Source of the DNA: Octopus vulgaris
Lineage: Eukaryota
DNA length: 64,000 bases
Assembly (NCBI GenBank): GCA_951406725.2
Contig: OX597831.1
Coordinates: 57,412,001-57,476,000 of the forward strand
Direction: 5' to 3'
Every line of letters begins with the position of its first letter. The stretch's first letter is position 1. The notes beneath the pieces are model-generated. The model worked only from the letters and a program-made list of their open reading frames with translations. It ran no database searches and had not been told where the DNA came from. The translations under genes were made by a program, and so were the position numbers. Below, piece by piece: positions 12,930-25,499 of the stretch.

Positions 12930-14037
12930 TTGTTGTTGGCATCCTTTTTGTCTCGGGAGACAATGGAGTTGCGCATAAAATAATCTAGTCCGGCTTTTAC
13001 ATTTCATGTTTTAATACATCTCCTACTGTGGCTGTGTAGTCCTATCCTGGACAAACACTCCCTCTGGCAGTTGCCGCAAATGTAGCGAAGACTTTGCCTG
13101 GCTGGTTGTAATGTCATAGTTTCTTGTTGACGTCTTTTCTTGTCTTTCCATTTCTCCTTTCTCTCTATGTCACTCCTTTGTGTTCCCTCTTTTTCGGTAC
13201 GTCGCCAATCTCCACGGTTACTGGAAACTGCTTCGCAGTTGGTAATATTGATGTTGCAGGCATCCATGTCCCTTTTGCAAACATCCTTGTATCGTAAGAA
13301 CGGCATTCCCACAGACCTAGTGCCCCTAGCAAGCTCTCTGTTGAGTATGTCCTTGAGGATTCTGCCATCTTCCATACGGCTAACATGTCCAAGCCATCTC
13401 ATACGTCTTTGTGTGAGGAGTGCAAACATGCTTGGTATTCCTGCTTGCTTGAGGACATGATTCTGCCATTTGATGCGAAGGATTTTCCGGAAGCAGCGCA
13501 GGTGAAAGATATTTAGGCGACGTATGGCATCGTATGGCGTGTGTATGGCGTCCAAGTCTCACTTCCATACAGTAGAGTGCTAAGTACACATGCCTGGTAA
13601 ATCTTCATTTTTGTGGTCTTGGTCAGCTTATTGTTGTCCCATGCGCGTTTGGTGAGTTGGGCCATCACAGCAGCTGCCTTGCCAATGCGTATATTGAGCT
13701 CAGCATCAAGGGATAGGTTGTAGGTGACGATAGAGCCAAGATAGGTAAACTTCTCCACCTCCTGTACTCTGTGGTCTCCAATATGTATGTTTGGGATGTC
13801 CGATGTAGCCTGACCCATGATGTTGGTCTTCTTGAGGCTGATAAATAAGCCAAAGTTGCCAAATGCTTTCTCAAAACAGTTGATGAGCCTTCGTAGGGCT
13901 TCTTCTGTGTGTGATACCAGAGCGGCATCATCAGCAAATAGCATCTCCTTCATCAGGGCGCTTCTGATTTTGGTCTTGGGACGCAGACGCGAGAGATTGA
14001 ACAGTTTCCCATCACTTCTACTGTGCAGAAACACTCC
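12930..14037 (-). mobile_element. RTE-clade LINE 3' portion inside Helitron copy A
   Basis: LFADDAAL RT core, FTYLGS, LLYGSETW, RWLGHV, C-terminal CxxC..H; one frameshift; tail ...tcccgagacaaaaaggatgccaacaacaa. Confidence 0.92.
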
Positions 14038-15408
14038 AAACCAAGCCAAGCCAAGCAAAATCAAGCCAAGCCAAACAAGCGAAGACAAGCTAAACAAAGC
14101 AAAGCCAAGCCAAGCCAAACAAGCCAAACCAAGCTAAATAGAGCCAAGTGAAACCAACCAAGCCAAGCCAAGCCAAACAAGCCAAGCCAAGCTTAACAAG
14201 CCAAACCAAGCCAAGTAAAAACAAGCCAAGTCAAGTTAAGTCAAGCCAAATCAAGCCAAGCCGAACAAGCCAAGCCAAACCAAGCCAAGCCAAACAAGCC
14301 AAGCCAAGCCAAAGAAGCCAAGTCAAACCAAACCAAGCCAAGCCAAGCCACACCAAGCCAAACCAAACAAGCCAAGCCAAGCCAAACCAAGCCAAACTAA
14401 GCCAAACAAGCCAAGCCAAACAAAGCCAAGCTAAACAAGCCAATCCAAACCAAGCCAAGCCAAACAAGCCGAGCCAAGCCAAACCAAGCCAAACAAATCA
14501 AGCCAAGCCAAGCCGAGCCAAACCAAGCCAAGCTGAACAAGCCAATCCAAGCCAAACCAACCCAAGCCAATTAAGCCAAGCCAATTGAAACCAAGCCAAG
14601 TCAAAGAAGCCAAGCCAAGCCAAACAGGCAAAGCAAAGCCAAACCAAGCTAAGCCAAGCCAAACCAAGCCAAACCAAGCCAAGCCAAGCCAAGCCAAGCC
14701 AAACCAAGCCAAGCCAAGCCAAGCCAAGCCAAACGAAACCAAGCCAAACAAGCCAACCCAAGCCAAACGAAGCCAAGCCAAGCCAAACAAGCCAAGCCAA
14801 GCCAAGCCAAACAAGCCAAACCAAACCAAGCCTAGCCAAGCCATACCAATCCAAGCCATACAAGCCAAGCCCATTCAAACCAAGCCAAACCAAACAAGCC
14901 AAGCCATGCCAAACCAAGCCAAGCCAAGCCAAGCCAAGCCAAGCCAAGCCAAGCCTAACAAGCCAAGCCAAGCCAAACCAAGCCAAGCCAAGTTAAGCCA
15001 AGCCTAGCCAAACAAGCCAAGCCAAGCCAAGCCAAGCCAAGCCAAACCAATCCAAATAAGCCAACCCAAACCAAGCCAATCAAGCCAAGCCAAGCCAAGC
15101 CAAACAAGCCAAGCCAAGCCAAGCCAAACAAGCCAAGCCAGGCCAGGCCAAACAATCCAAGCGAAGCCAAACCAAACCAAGCCAAACAAGTCAAGCCAAA
15201 CAAGCCAAGCCAAGCCAAACCAAGCCAAGCCAAACAAGCCAAGCCAAGCCAAACCAAGCCACCCCAAGCCAAGCCAAGCCAAGCCAAGCCAAGCCAAGCC
15301 AAACCAAGCTGAGCCAAACAAGCCAAGCCAAGCCAAATCAAACCAAGCCAAGTCAAACAAGCCAACCCAAGCCAACCCAAGCCAAACAAGCCAAGCCAAG
15401 CCAAGCCA
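14038..15408. repeat. ~1.37-kb degenerate (CCAAG)n pentanucleotide array
   Basis: Tandem CCAAG/CCAAA/ACAAG units; almost no T on the plus strand. Confidence 0.95.
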
Positions 15409-16186
15409 ATTTCCCCAAACGGGGACGCATTTCAATTTTTAAACAATAGCCAAAGCTCCGTCTCTCAAAGGAGGAGGGTTACGGTTTACAATTATTTAAC
15501 AAATGCAACACAACAACGCTTCTTTTACGAGGAACCAACAAACGTGATAACAATAGTGAAACAGAAATAATAATAACAACAAACCTTACGGTAAACCAAA
15601 AAGCAGTACTCTGTTGAAGCTATAGGCCTTTATGGATCAGAAATAAACTAACAGCAGTCCTCAGTAGAATGCTTAATGCTAGCTAATTAGCAAATAATCT
15701 AATGTAAAAGCCGTGCGCACATCCATCTGGACTATTCCATTTCTGCACTTAAATATTATTATTTATTTATTCCCATTCATGTGAAACCACTGATTCAAGT
15801 TCAAGTCATTGATGCAATTTTATACCAATTGCTATTTCTACTTTTGTTATGTTACGATAATATTATACTTTAGTTTGATTTTAATTATTACTTACTACAT
15901 ATAATTCAATTGTTATTATTATTTTTATTGTTAAAGTGAAAGTATCTGACATAAAATAGAGAAATATTTTTGTTTCACTTTTAACACGTAATACTGAAAT
16001 AGTGGAGAAGATATGATATTGCTATGGGCTCGCTCTAGACAAGAAGTTGAACATTTTTTGCCCATGAAACTACATGGATCCTAAGTAGGGCATGTGTAAA
16101 ATTTGAATGAAATTGGTTGTGTAGTTCTCAAGTTTTAGGGAAACACACAAACAGACAGACACACATTCTCAGTTTTATATATATAA

Positions 16187-16228
<42 letters not shown>

Positions 16229-16230
16229 AG

Positions 16231-16485
16231 TGGAGGCGCGTTGCTTAGTGGTTAGGGTGTCAGCATCATGATGGTAAGATTGTGGCTTCGATTCCTGGAC
16301 CGGGCGACGCGTTGTGTTCTTGAGCAAAACACTTCATTTCGCGTTGCTCCAGTCCACTCAGCTGGCAAAAATGAGTAACGCTGCGATGGACACTGGCGTC
16401 CCATCCAGCTAGGGAACACAGACGCCATAGAAACCGAGAAACTGGGCCCATGAGCCTGGCAGGGCTTTAAAAGGGCGCATTTATT
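16231..16485 (+). mobile_element. tRNA-derived SINE, family D (CORE-like block)
   Basis: ggaggcgcgttgcttagtggttagg head; ttgtgttcttgagcaaaacacttcatttc..ttgctccagtccactcagctgg. Confidence 0.85.
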
Positions 16486-16917
16486 TCATTTACTATATAT
16501 AATATATATATATATATAACATGTGTGTGCACGCGCATATTATATTTCATTATTTCGTTTAAACCATATATTCCTACATGTAGATGTATGTGAACATGTA
16601 TTTTTGTGCACGTATGTAGATGTGAATATGGTTAAAACAAATAATGTAAGCACTTATATGTATGTTTGTATGTATGGATATATATGTGCGTGTGGGCACA
16701 TATATATGTATACATTTTTATGTATAGACAAAGAGACGCAACACACACGCGCACGCATACATACACACACACACATACGATTAAATATAATATACGTGGA
16801 TGACTCACTATAAATGATCAAGTTATACAGAAAGGTGAATATTTACACGTAAGTGAGGAAAGAATTAGACATGTATGTCCGCATACATGTTTGTGCGTGC
16901 GCATACATATACACCCA

Positions 16918-16987
<70 letters not shown>

Positions 16988-16991
<4 letters not shown>

Positions 16992-17940
16992 ACGGATCAC
17001 CTGCCGTCGCTCAAACTCTTCGGAAACCCGGGACCCTACCAAGTCGAGCGACGACGATCGAACGGTGAATTCGCCACGGACTCAGTGGGGGAAGGCGGCA
17101 GCGAACTCGGCAACCGGCGACCGGAGAGAACAACAACAAACAACAGCAGCAAGAGATACAGAGAGACACGGCGGAAGGCAATTTGGCTTACGTTAAAAAA
17201 AACAGTTTATAACAATTATTACGACAACAAATACAATGTAAAATACATCAGGTACATCAAAGAAAATGCATGCAAGAAAACAAGAAAACAACAAATCAAA
17301 GCATGCAGATACAATAACAGTTCAGAGACAAATCAGTTCAGATCAAATTAAAACAAATAACGTTCACATTAACGATACAGTTCAAATTGATGCAATATAG
17401 TTCAGAGTTCAATGTTCTACATTAGAGTCTTTCTCTTTCTTTTTCAGCAATTCTGTAACACAGTTCTTTTCACAATCTCTTTTCCTTAATTCAGTACTTC
17501 TTCCTCCTTTTTTCAACACATCAATTCTTTTACATTTCAACAATTCTTTTTCCTTCTTTAACACATCAAAACATAAACAAACATATACCGTTACAAGCTC
17601 CTTACTACAAATAGCCAATGCCTTCACGCCGTAATCTCCCCCACCTCCTCAATCCTCTGTGTATGTCTTTCTCAACGCTGTCGCTGCCTCTCGCCGTAAT
17701 CTCTCCCAGCTCCTTAATCCTATCTGCCTGTCTTCCTCTTTCACATTCACTGTCATTCTCGCGCTTGTCATCTCTGCATCGACCCTCACGCAAGCTCGCT
17801 GTCTCCGGCCGAACTGTCTAACAGACTCACAGCTCCTGCTTTTTAAAGGGTAGCTTCCCCGACCCTTCTTTGACCGGAAAAAGGGCAGAGGTCTCTCCGA
17901 AAGTCATAGCAGTTGTTTCCGAATTGACCTCCCCATATCA
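16988..17940 (-). mobile_element. Solo LTR of an LTR retrotransposon (953 bp)
   Basis: TGttacgg...tatCA termini in a (TA)n tract with atat on both sides; TATA-like ccctttaaaaag on the minus strand; no internal genes. Confidence 0.7.
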
Positions 17941-18196
17941 ATATATATATATATATCAACTGCTAAAAGGCAAATTCACTGCCGTTACCGTGGAGAATAT
18001 ATCTCTCATAGTAAAAACGTGTAAAAACACCCGGTTTGTTCAGTGGCGCCATCTATCGGGATTCCCAGACATCGATGTTCCGAGATTTTTGACTCTTGTC
18101 AATGGAATGTACGTAAGAGGGGCAACTCTGAACAAACTTATAAAGCAATAGCTTTATGTAAAATTCTGTCAACTGACTTTCGCTGGTAGATCGCTT

Positions 18197-19440
18197 GAGG
18201 GTTGTTCATTAAAGATTTCTCCTAACCCACTTCCCAAAGACTGGGATAAACGAAACTTGGCATAATTATTGGTCCTTCTCTATATAGCCACCAATAGTTA
18301 CACACTTCTCCCATCAATTTATGTAGCTGTGAAGACCTACGTTTGTAGAAGTCGGTAGGTTGCGTCTGGAAATAAGTTCATCATCATCCGAAAAGTGCTT
18401 CCCCTTCAAAAAAGGACTTCATGGCTAGAAAGAAGTGGAAGTCAGATGGTACGAGGTTGTGAAAATAAGGGAGAATGAGGAAATATTTCCTAGCCGCAGG
18501 AGTGTGCTTTCATCTGGGCAACATGCGCATTGTGAACTGGAGCGTTGTCTTGGAGGAGGCGAACTCCTTTGGTCAGCATGCTACGCATCTCTGCTTTGAT
18601 GGCGTACCGTAATTGCTGCAGCAGAGAAACATAATGGGCTCTATTAATTGTGGTGCCCTTTGCCAGAAAATCCATCATCACTACTTCGCGCTGGTCCCAA
18701 AAGACTGTGAGCATCATCTTGCCTGCTGAGGGTTGGACACGTGCCTTCTTTGGAGGTGGTGAGTTTTCATGCTTCCATTGTTTTGACTGGACTTTAGTCT
18801 CAGGGTCATAGTGATAGACCCATGCTTCATCTTGTGTGATGAGTCTACCGAAAAAGTCCTCGTTTTTTGGCACATTGCCAAAAGAGCCTAGGAGCAATTG
18901 ATGCATTCCTGCTTCTGAAAAGGTGTGAGCCTCCAGGGAATCCATTGTGCAAATAACTTCTGCATGCGCAAATGGTCGAGAATGATTTCTTTCCACGGAT
19001 TCTACTTATCTTCACTTCTTGGGCTAGTTGCCGAATAGTCATACGGTGATCCTCCAAAATGGCAGCTTCCACTTAATGAATGGTGTCGTCATCAATGGTG
19101 GAATGTGGTTGTCCAGGAATAGGAGCGGTTTCCACCGATGTCTGACCACATTTAAGCTGGCGATTCCAGTGCTTGACTACGTTGTATGATGGTGCATCGT
19201 CACCATAAACTTTTTTTCATTTCATTGAAAGTCTCTTTCAAGTATAAGAACCTGATCACTGATCTATATTCAGTTGCCTCCATTAGTCCACTTCATCAGC
19301 CATAAAAGACAAGCAAATCCTCGTGGAAAGCTGCAATTTATAATGTAACATGTAGAGACATGTATGATTATACCTGTACAAGTTCCGTTTCCTACAGTAA
19401 CCGGAAGCGGGTCAGAAGAAATCTTTAATGAACACATGCA
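18197..19440 (-). mobile_element. Near full-length decayed mariner transposon
   Basis: TIRs tgttcattaaagatttct / agaaatctttaatgaaca; ITQDEAW, QSKQW, K.MLTVFWD, LLQDNAP motifs; frameshifts. Confidence 0.92.
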
Positions 19441-19461
19441 GGTACATATAATCACACACTG

Positions 19462-19506
<45 letters not shown>

Positions 19507-19814
19507 TGAATCGCGCTGTACTAATACATTTTTGTATCAATCCTACCACCTTTCACGTTCTACCTTCTGCTTATGCATATATTGGTGCAGAGAATAGAGG
19601 GTAGCAGGATTATATGTATGTGCGTTTATATATGTGGGTGGGAGGTATGCCTATGCGTGTGTTTATGTGTATAGGAATATGTACGAATTTCCAGAGGCAA
19701 AATCTCCAGTTTTCTACCAAATATGCTATCTTTAATATAGGAAGAGTGCGTTAGTCTCCCTCTCTCTCTTTCTCTCTCCATCCATCTCTCTCTCTTTCTC
19801 TCTCTCTCTATTTC

Positions 19815-19889
<75 letters not shown>

Positions 19890-20037
19890 CTATCAGTATC
19901 TCTCTATCTCTTTCTTTCTGTCTCTCTCTCTCCCTCTCTCTCTTACTCGTTATATTTTTCTCTCTCTTCCCCTTTATCTTTCTCCTCTCTGATGTATATC
20001 TTCGATATTATTTTTTAAAAATGCATGTTTATTATTG

Positions 20038-20110
20038 ACTTCCGGTAGCGCATGCGCAATAATATACAGTAACGTCTTTTATAGTGAAGTGTTCATGACC
20101 AGACTACAGT
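20038..20110. promoter_or_regulatory. Candidate housekeeping-type promoter motif cluster
   Basis: ETS ACTTCCGG (20038), NRF1 GCGCATGCGCA (20048) and GACTACA (20102). Confidence 0.4.
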
Positions 20111-20689
20111 TTACGTGCATGGCAAACAAAAATAACCTCTAGCCGCTCATTTGAATTTCTACTTGGCAAACTTGCATGCTCGAAAGTATCTACAGCTTCA
20201 TTTGTTATTTGTGTGTGATAAAAACCATTCGAAAATTTCATTGCTTTTTTCTTTCACATTTATTATCATTAATAGTGTATTTTCTTCTTGCTTCTTTAAT
20301 ATTTATGATATTTTGTTTTAAGCCTGCTCTAGTTGTTGACAACGTTTTATGTTGAAACCTTTTCGCTTGTAGGATTCCTTCTCACTATTACAGCTTATAT
20401 TTCATTGTCTTTTTTTCAGTTAATATCTTTCATTTATTCCGCATTGTTCTTTTTTTCTTTTTATATGAAATGCACGTTCTGTTAACAACTGCTTTGAAAT
20501 ATTTCACCTTATATCTGTCTGCTCTAAATTTTACATTTTCAACTGTTGCATGCGTTCTACTAAGAATTAATATTTCATTGTTTTAACAACGGTAAATATA
20601 CGTTTAGCATTTCTCTTTTCGACATAAGTAATACTAAGATTACATTGCTAATAAATATCTACATATAGGCTTGCTTCGCCACACTTTCA

Positions 20690-20838
20690 TTTTGTATGTG
20701 ACAAATTCCGCCGAGGCCGACTTTCCATTACATCTTTTCGAAGTCGATAAAACAAGTATCAGTTGAGCCCTGGATTCGATGTAATTGACTTCACCCCTTA
20801 TCCGAAATTGGTAGCCTTGTACCAAAATTTGAAACTAA
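20690..20838 (+). mobile_element. Family B SINE, partial
   Basis: caaattccgccgaggccgacttt...gtcgataaa block. Confidence 0.75.
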
Positions 20839-21194
20839 TATTTGATTATATAACTGCATGTTATATATAAACAAACAATACACTTCTTTCGCTCGGTCTG
20901 CATCAAAAGGATGACAATAATATGAAAGGTATCGGCATTTCATATTATTTTACGTTTTCCACAGTTCGCTTTCGAACTTCCTTTATGTTGCATGTCTTGC
21001 TAATGTTCTTTCATGTCATATGTACACTTAGCATATGCACAATAGAAATATATGATACAATGTTATGAAATCAATGTAAAGCATGCTATCTTAAAAATAA
21101 CGTATTCACACTAGTGTATGTATGTATGTATGTATGTATGTATGTATGTATGTATGTATGTATGTATTACGTACGTGTGTGTGTGTGTGTGTAT

Positions 21195-23500
21195 CAGGGA
21201 TGCCGCTGATGGGTTTTTTCATCCAGATCTGGGTTTTTTGGAGCAATCATGGGTTTATGGGTTTTAATTTCCAAATTTATATTAAATCTGGGTTTTAAAG
21301 TTAGTTTTGGCTGCAAACTTATCTTTTAAAGAGAATTCGGTGTCATACTCTTTCTTTGTATGCAATATGTACCAAAGTTGCACCTCTTTTACTACTTTGT
21401 AAACTTTCTATATATTATCCACAATCATCTCACGTAATGAATTTATCGATACAAATATTGTATGTGACGTAATTACCGATCGTACGCATTCATTATTTGT
21501 TTATACTTGTATCATACCGCGCAACTACAAGTTACAACGCATTGATGGCCGCTTGTACACTTGTCTGAAACTCTGAAACCGCTAGTTGACATCTTGATTT
21601 TGTTGATGGTGTATACTTCGATTGTTACTCGCGATTTAAAATTTGTTTAACATTTTGAGTGTGTGTTTTTTGTTTTGTAACGCTTTGCGAAGTAATGGCA
21701 GACAATAGTGTGTCCAAAAAAGGGGAAGAGGTACACCCAGAATTTCAAGAAGTCGTGGTTGGAAGATGCTGAGCTTAAAGATTGGTTACGGCAAGATGAT
21801 AAAAATCCTGGCATCTGATACTGCGTTTGTTGCAACGTTGTGTTGAAAAATGCTAACAAATCAATGCTGTTAGCTCATAAAAACACTGCCAAACACAAGA
21901 AAACTTTTGATTGTGCGAAATCTGCTATTAAATTATTTATTGTTAAAAAAGACAGATGATACATTAAATGAAAAAGTAGCTAAGGCAGACTTGCTACTAA
22001 CATGTTATGTTGCTGAACATCATACCTTTCATATAATTCACTTAGCTGAAATTTGTAAAAAAAGGCCTTTCCCGATAGTAAGATAGCTAAAAATCTACAA
22101 ATGAAAAAATCAAAATTAACATACATTATGCAAGACGTAATTGCACATCATGAACAAATGAAATCTTGGAAATTCTCAAGAAACGGAAGTTTTCATTATT
22201 TATAGATGAGAGTACGGACATCTCAGTGACACAAATCTTAGCAATAGTTGTTCGCTGTTTTTGATGAACAATCGCTTAATGTCAAGAATGCTCCTCTGGA
22301 TGCAATTGTAGTAGAAAATGGTTCGTCTCAAGGTTTGTACGATGCTGTCACGTCTACGCTTACAAAAGAAGATGTATCTATGAGCAACATACTTGGATTT
22401 GCCAGCGATAATTGCTCAAAAATGATAGGTAACAAGAGCGGGTTTTAAAAGTTATTGAGAAACGATATTCCGACTATTTGCAACAGGCTGTGTTTGCCAT
22501 TCGTTTGCACTTTGTTCAAGTCATGCAGTGAAGTATCTCGAGTCCTTTTTAAAGGACTTTTTACTTTTTACTTTTCTCGAAGTAGCAAATGTCAAAATGA
22601 CTTCAATATGATATACAGTGTTGTTGGCACAAAAGAAAACAAGATTCCAAAGCTTTTGCAAACTAGATGGTTGTCGTGTGAAAATGTAATTAACGTTATA
22701 ACAGAACAGTGGTTTGCCCTTGTACTTTATTTTCAGTCAGAGGCTAACGTAGAAAAAGTGAACGGAGCAAAACGGATCTATGAAACAATGATTAACAAAG
22801 GAACGAAGCACATGCTGCTCTTCTTACATTATATATTAAAGAATGTAAATGCTCTTAATGTCGAGTTTCAGTCGGAACACTTTTGACTGCATCTGTTAAT
22901 ATTTACCTCGTGGATGCGCAATGAGATATCTAGAACAAAACCCCATCGTTGGTGACTCAACTAGATTCAAAACTGATTGCAAAAATTTTTTAATAGAATT
23001 ATGCTCTCAAATAAAAATGCGCTTTCCCCTCGATGAAGCTGGAGTATTTGCCCTCTTAGAAATTCTTGATCCAAAAGTAGCGCGCCATCTCACTAACTCT
23101 CCTCACTCGATAATTCCCTTGGCGTCAAACTTTCCTGCAATTGCACCAGAAAACACACTTGATGAACTAGACGATGAGTGGAGATTATTTCAGCAAGATA
23201 AAGATATTCCTGTTTCCTCAAAAAGCATCCCTGAATTCTGGTATTCCACACGCAAGCTTAAAGACGGGCTTGACCGCACTAAATTTGAGAGGCTGTCACA
23301 ATTCATGACTAATTTGACGGTGTTACCTCATTCATCAGCTTGCGTGGAGTGCATATTTTCTCAAGTAAATTGCACAAAGATAAAGTTCACTAAAATGATG
23401 AAGGCCAAAAAGATCACCGATCGTCTACTCGCTAAACAAGCTATTACAAGAAAGGGAGCGTCATGCATTTCTCGGGAGCCGAACGCTAGACTTTAATAAG
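21195..23500 (+). pseudogene. Decayed hAT-superfamily transposon/transposase
   Basis: CAGGGATGCC left terminus; N-terminal W..W..YCxxC..H...H zinc finger; IDESTD, ASDNC, CH, TRWLS and LPHSSA.VE..FS dimerisation motifs; many stops and frameshifts; right TIR not found. Confidence 0.88.
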
Positions 23501-23506
23501 CTGCCA

Positions 23507-23949
23507 TCTATATATATAAAACTCTAGTTGTGTGAGTGTCTGTCCCCTTCGATTTAGATTCCTAACTCCTCCCACATTTTGCGGTGCAGTTTAACCAAAT
23601 TCGGGTATCTTATAGTCGTGATTAATGAGTCTACGATTTTAAAAATAATTTAACATCATTTTTTATTCCATTTTAATGCATATTTTTTCAAACACCTGCA
23701 CCTGTGTTTGCTTCTCCCCCTTCTTCCCTCCCTCGTGAAGCTGTGGGGAAGAGAGTGTAAGGAAATCAACGTCGTAAAGCGTTGTCAAGGAGACCAGCGT
23801 TCTTTTAGAACGACTTCATGGCTTGAAGACACCAAAACAGAAATGGCTAAGAAAGCCCGAATTGGCATCTATAAGGGAAGTAACTCTCTAAAACTGCTTA
23901 TATAGTTATTTCCCTTACAAACCCGAGCAACGCCGGGCGATACTGCTAG
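23507..23949 (+). mobile_element. 443-bp non-autonomous Helitron
   Basis: A|TCtatatatataaaact ... cccgagcaacgccggg hairpin ... ctgCTAG|T; no TSD. Confidence 0.9.
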
Positions 23950-24365
23950 TATGATATAAAGTAAGTATCAAATTCCGTATTCATTTTGTCATATAACATA
24001 TTTTATCATTGAATTACCAGTTATATACCTGTTTTCTCCCATTGCAGCCCATTTCCAGAATATACCCATTTACGTACAATATCTCCATTCCACCTCCATT
24101 CATTTGACTGTCAACTATACTATGGGTCATGTTAGACGCAGCGCTGACCGCCTCAAAGGTGAGTATATCCATTGAGAGTTTTTCGGTGGGTTCAAAAATT
24201 ACATACTCCCCTCCCAATTTTCTCTGATAGGTTAGGGCCTGGAATCCTACAAACGGACGTATTACATGTCACTTAGTCGAATTAGACCATCATTTACTCC
24301 ATAAATATTTTGTCATTAATACTGCACTTTCCCGTATCACCTGTTTCAACATAACTGTATACCTA

Positions 24366-24554
24366 TTTCTTTACTACCCACAAGGGGCTAAACACAGAGG
24401 GGACAAACAAAGACAAACAAACGGATTAAGTTGATTACATCGACCCCAGTGCGTAACTGGTACTTAATTTATCGACCCCGAAAGCATGAAAGGCAAAGTC
24501 GACCGCGGCGGAATTTGAACTCGGCGCGCTAACGTTTCTGCCAGCTCGCCGCCT
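24366..24554 (-). mobile_element. Family B SINE
   Basis: Colinear with 34517-34744, with an internal deletion. Confidence 0.85.
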
Positions 24555-24586
24555 TGATATATATGTACAAACTATACCATCTTAAT

Positions 24587-24614
24587 CCCGAGCAACGCCG
24601 AGTATCTCTTCTAG
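24587..24614 (+). mobile_element. Isolated Helitron 3' terminus
   Basis: cccgagcaacgccgag-tatctctt-CTAG|T. Confidence 0.7.
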
Positions 24615-24696
24615 TACATTCATAAATATAACGTGGATATATACATCCATATACATGTACATATAAATATATCCATATGTGTGTGTGCATATATAT

Positions 24697-24750
<54 letters not shown>

Positions 24751-25244
24751 TTAGATATACACGTGCACACGCACACAGATATACACGTACACACACATAC
24801 ACACACACGCGCGCATACATACATTCACACATGCACACACACACACACACACACACACACAACGAGAAACACATACACCTTCACGTATGTACATGCAAAG
24901 AGAAATATTTTACTTGATAGTGTCTGAAATCTAACAAAAGGCCATTGTCAATTGAAGAGACATTCTCACTGTTATGAAACGTTGGAATTTAAGAAGTTAG
25001 AATTTATTCTATACGATAAATATGTAAATACATTTATTAGCAGATATTTCATTGTCTGTTCATTGTTAGCAATGAATCTGTAGCTCTGTGACTTGATAAC
25101 TCATTCTCATTTTCATTTTCTTTCTTGTCTTATTTCAATTGCTTACTTTTGTACTGTTTTACAATGTGTTTGCTCTTGTGAACAAAAAAAATCACTGATC
25201 TTGTTGTTGGTATCATCATCATCATCATCATCATCATCATAGTA

Positions 25245-25432
25245 AAATCGTTAGCACTCTGTGTCAAAATGCTTAGCAGTATTTCGCTCATCTTTACTTT
25301 CTGGGTTCAAAATTCCGCCGAGGTCGACTTTGCTTTTCCTCCTTTCAGGGTCGATAATGTACCAGTTGAGCACTAGAGTCGATGTAATCGACATTATCCC
25401 ACTCCCCATAAAGTTCCGACTTTGTAGAAAGG
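25245..25432 (+). mobile_element. Family B SINE
   Basis: B-box and central block. Confidence 0.8.
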
Positions 25433-25441
25433 ATCATCATC

Positions 25442-25498
<57 letters not shown>

Positions 25499-25499
25499 T

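Larger units (their letters stand above)
11274..16189 (-). mobile_element. Composite non-autonomous Helitron, copy A
   Basis: Minus strand A|TCtttatatatataaaactgag at 16189; imperfect hairpin accgagcaacggcggt then ctctgCTAG|T at 11274; no TSD. Confidence 0.8.

Noticed and set aside
14148-15435. Long ORFs rich in QAKPS or LAWLG
   Set aside because: Translations of the CCAAG array, which has few stops in either direction
21696-23496. Domesticated ZBED/ZNF862-like gene
   Set aside because: Multiple stops and frameshifts
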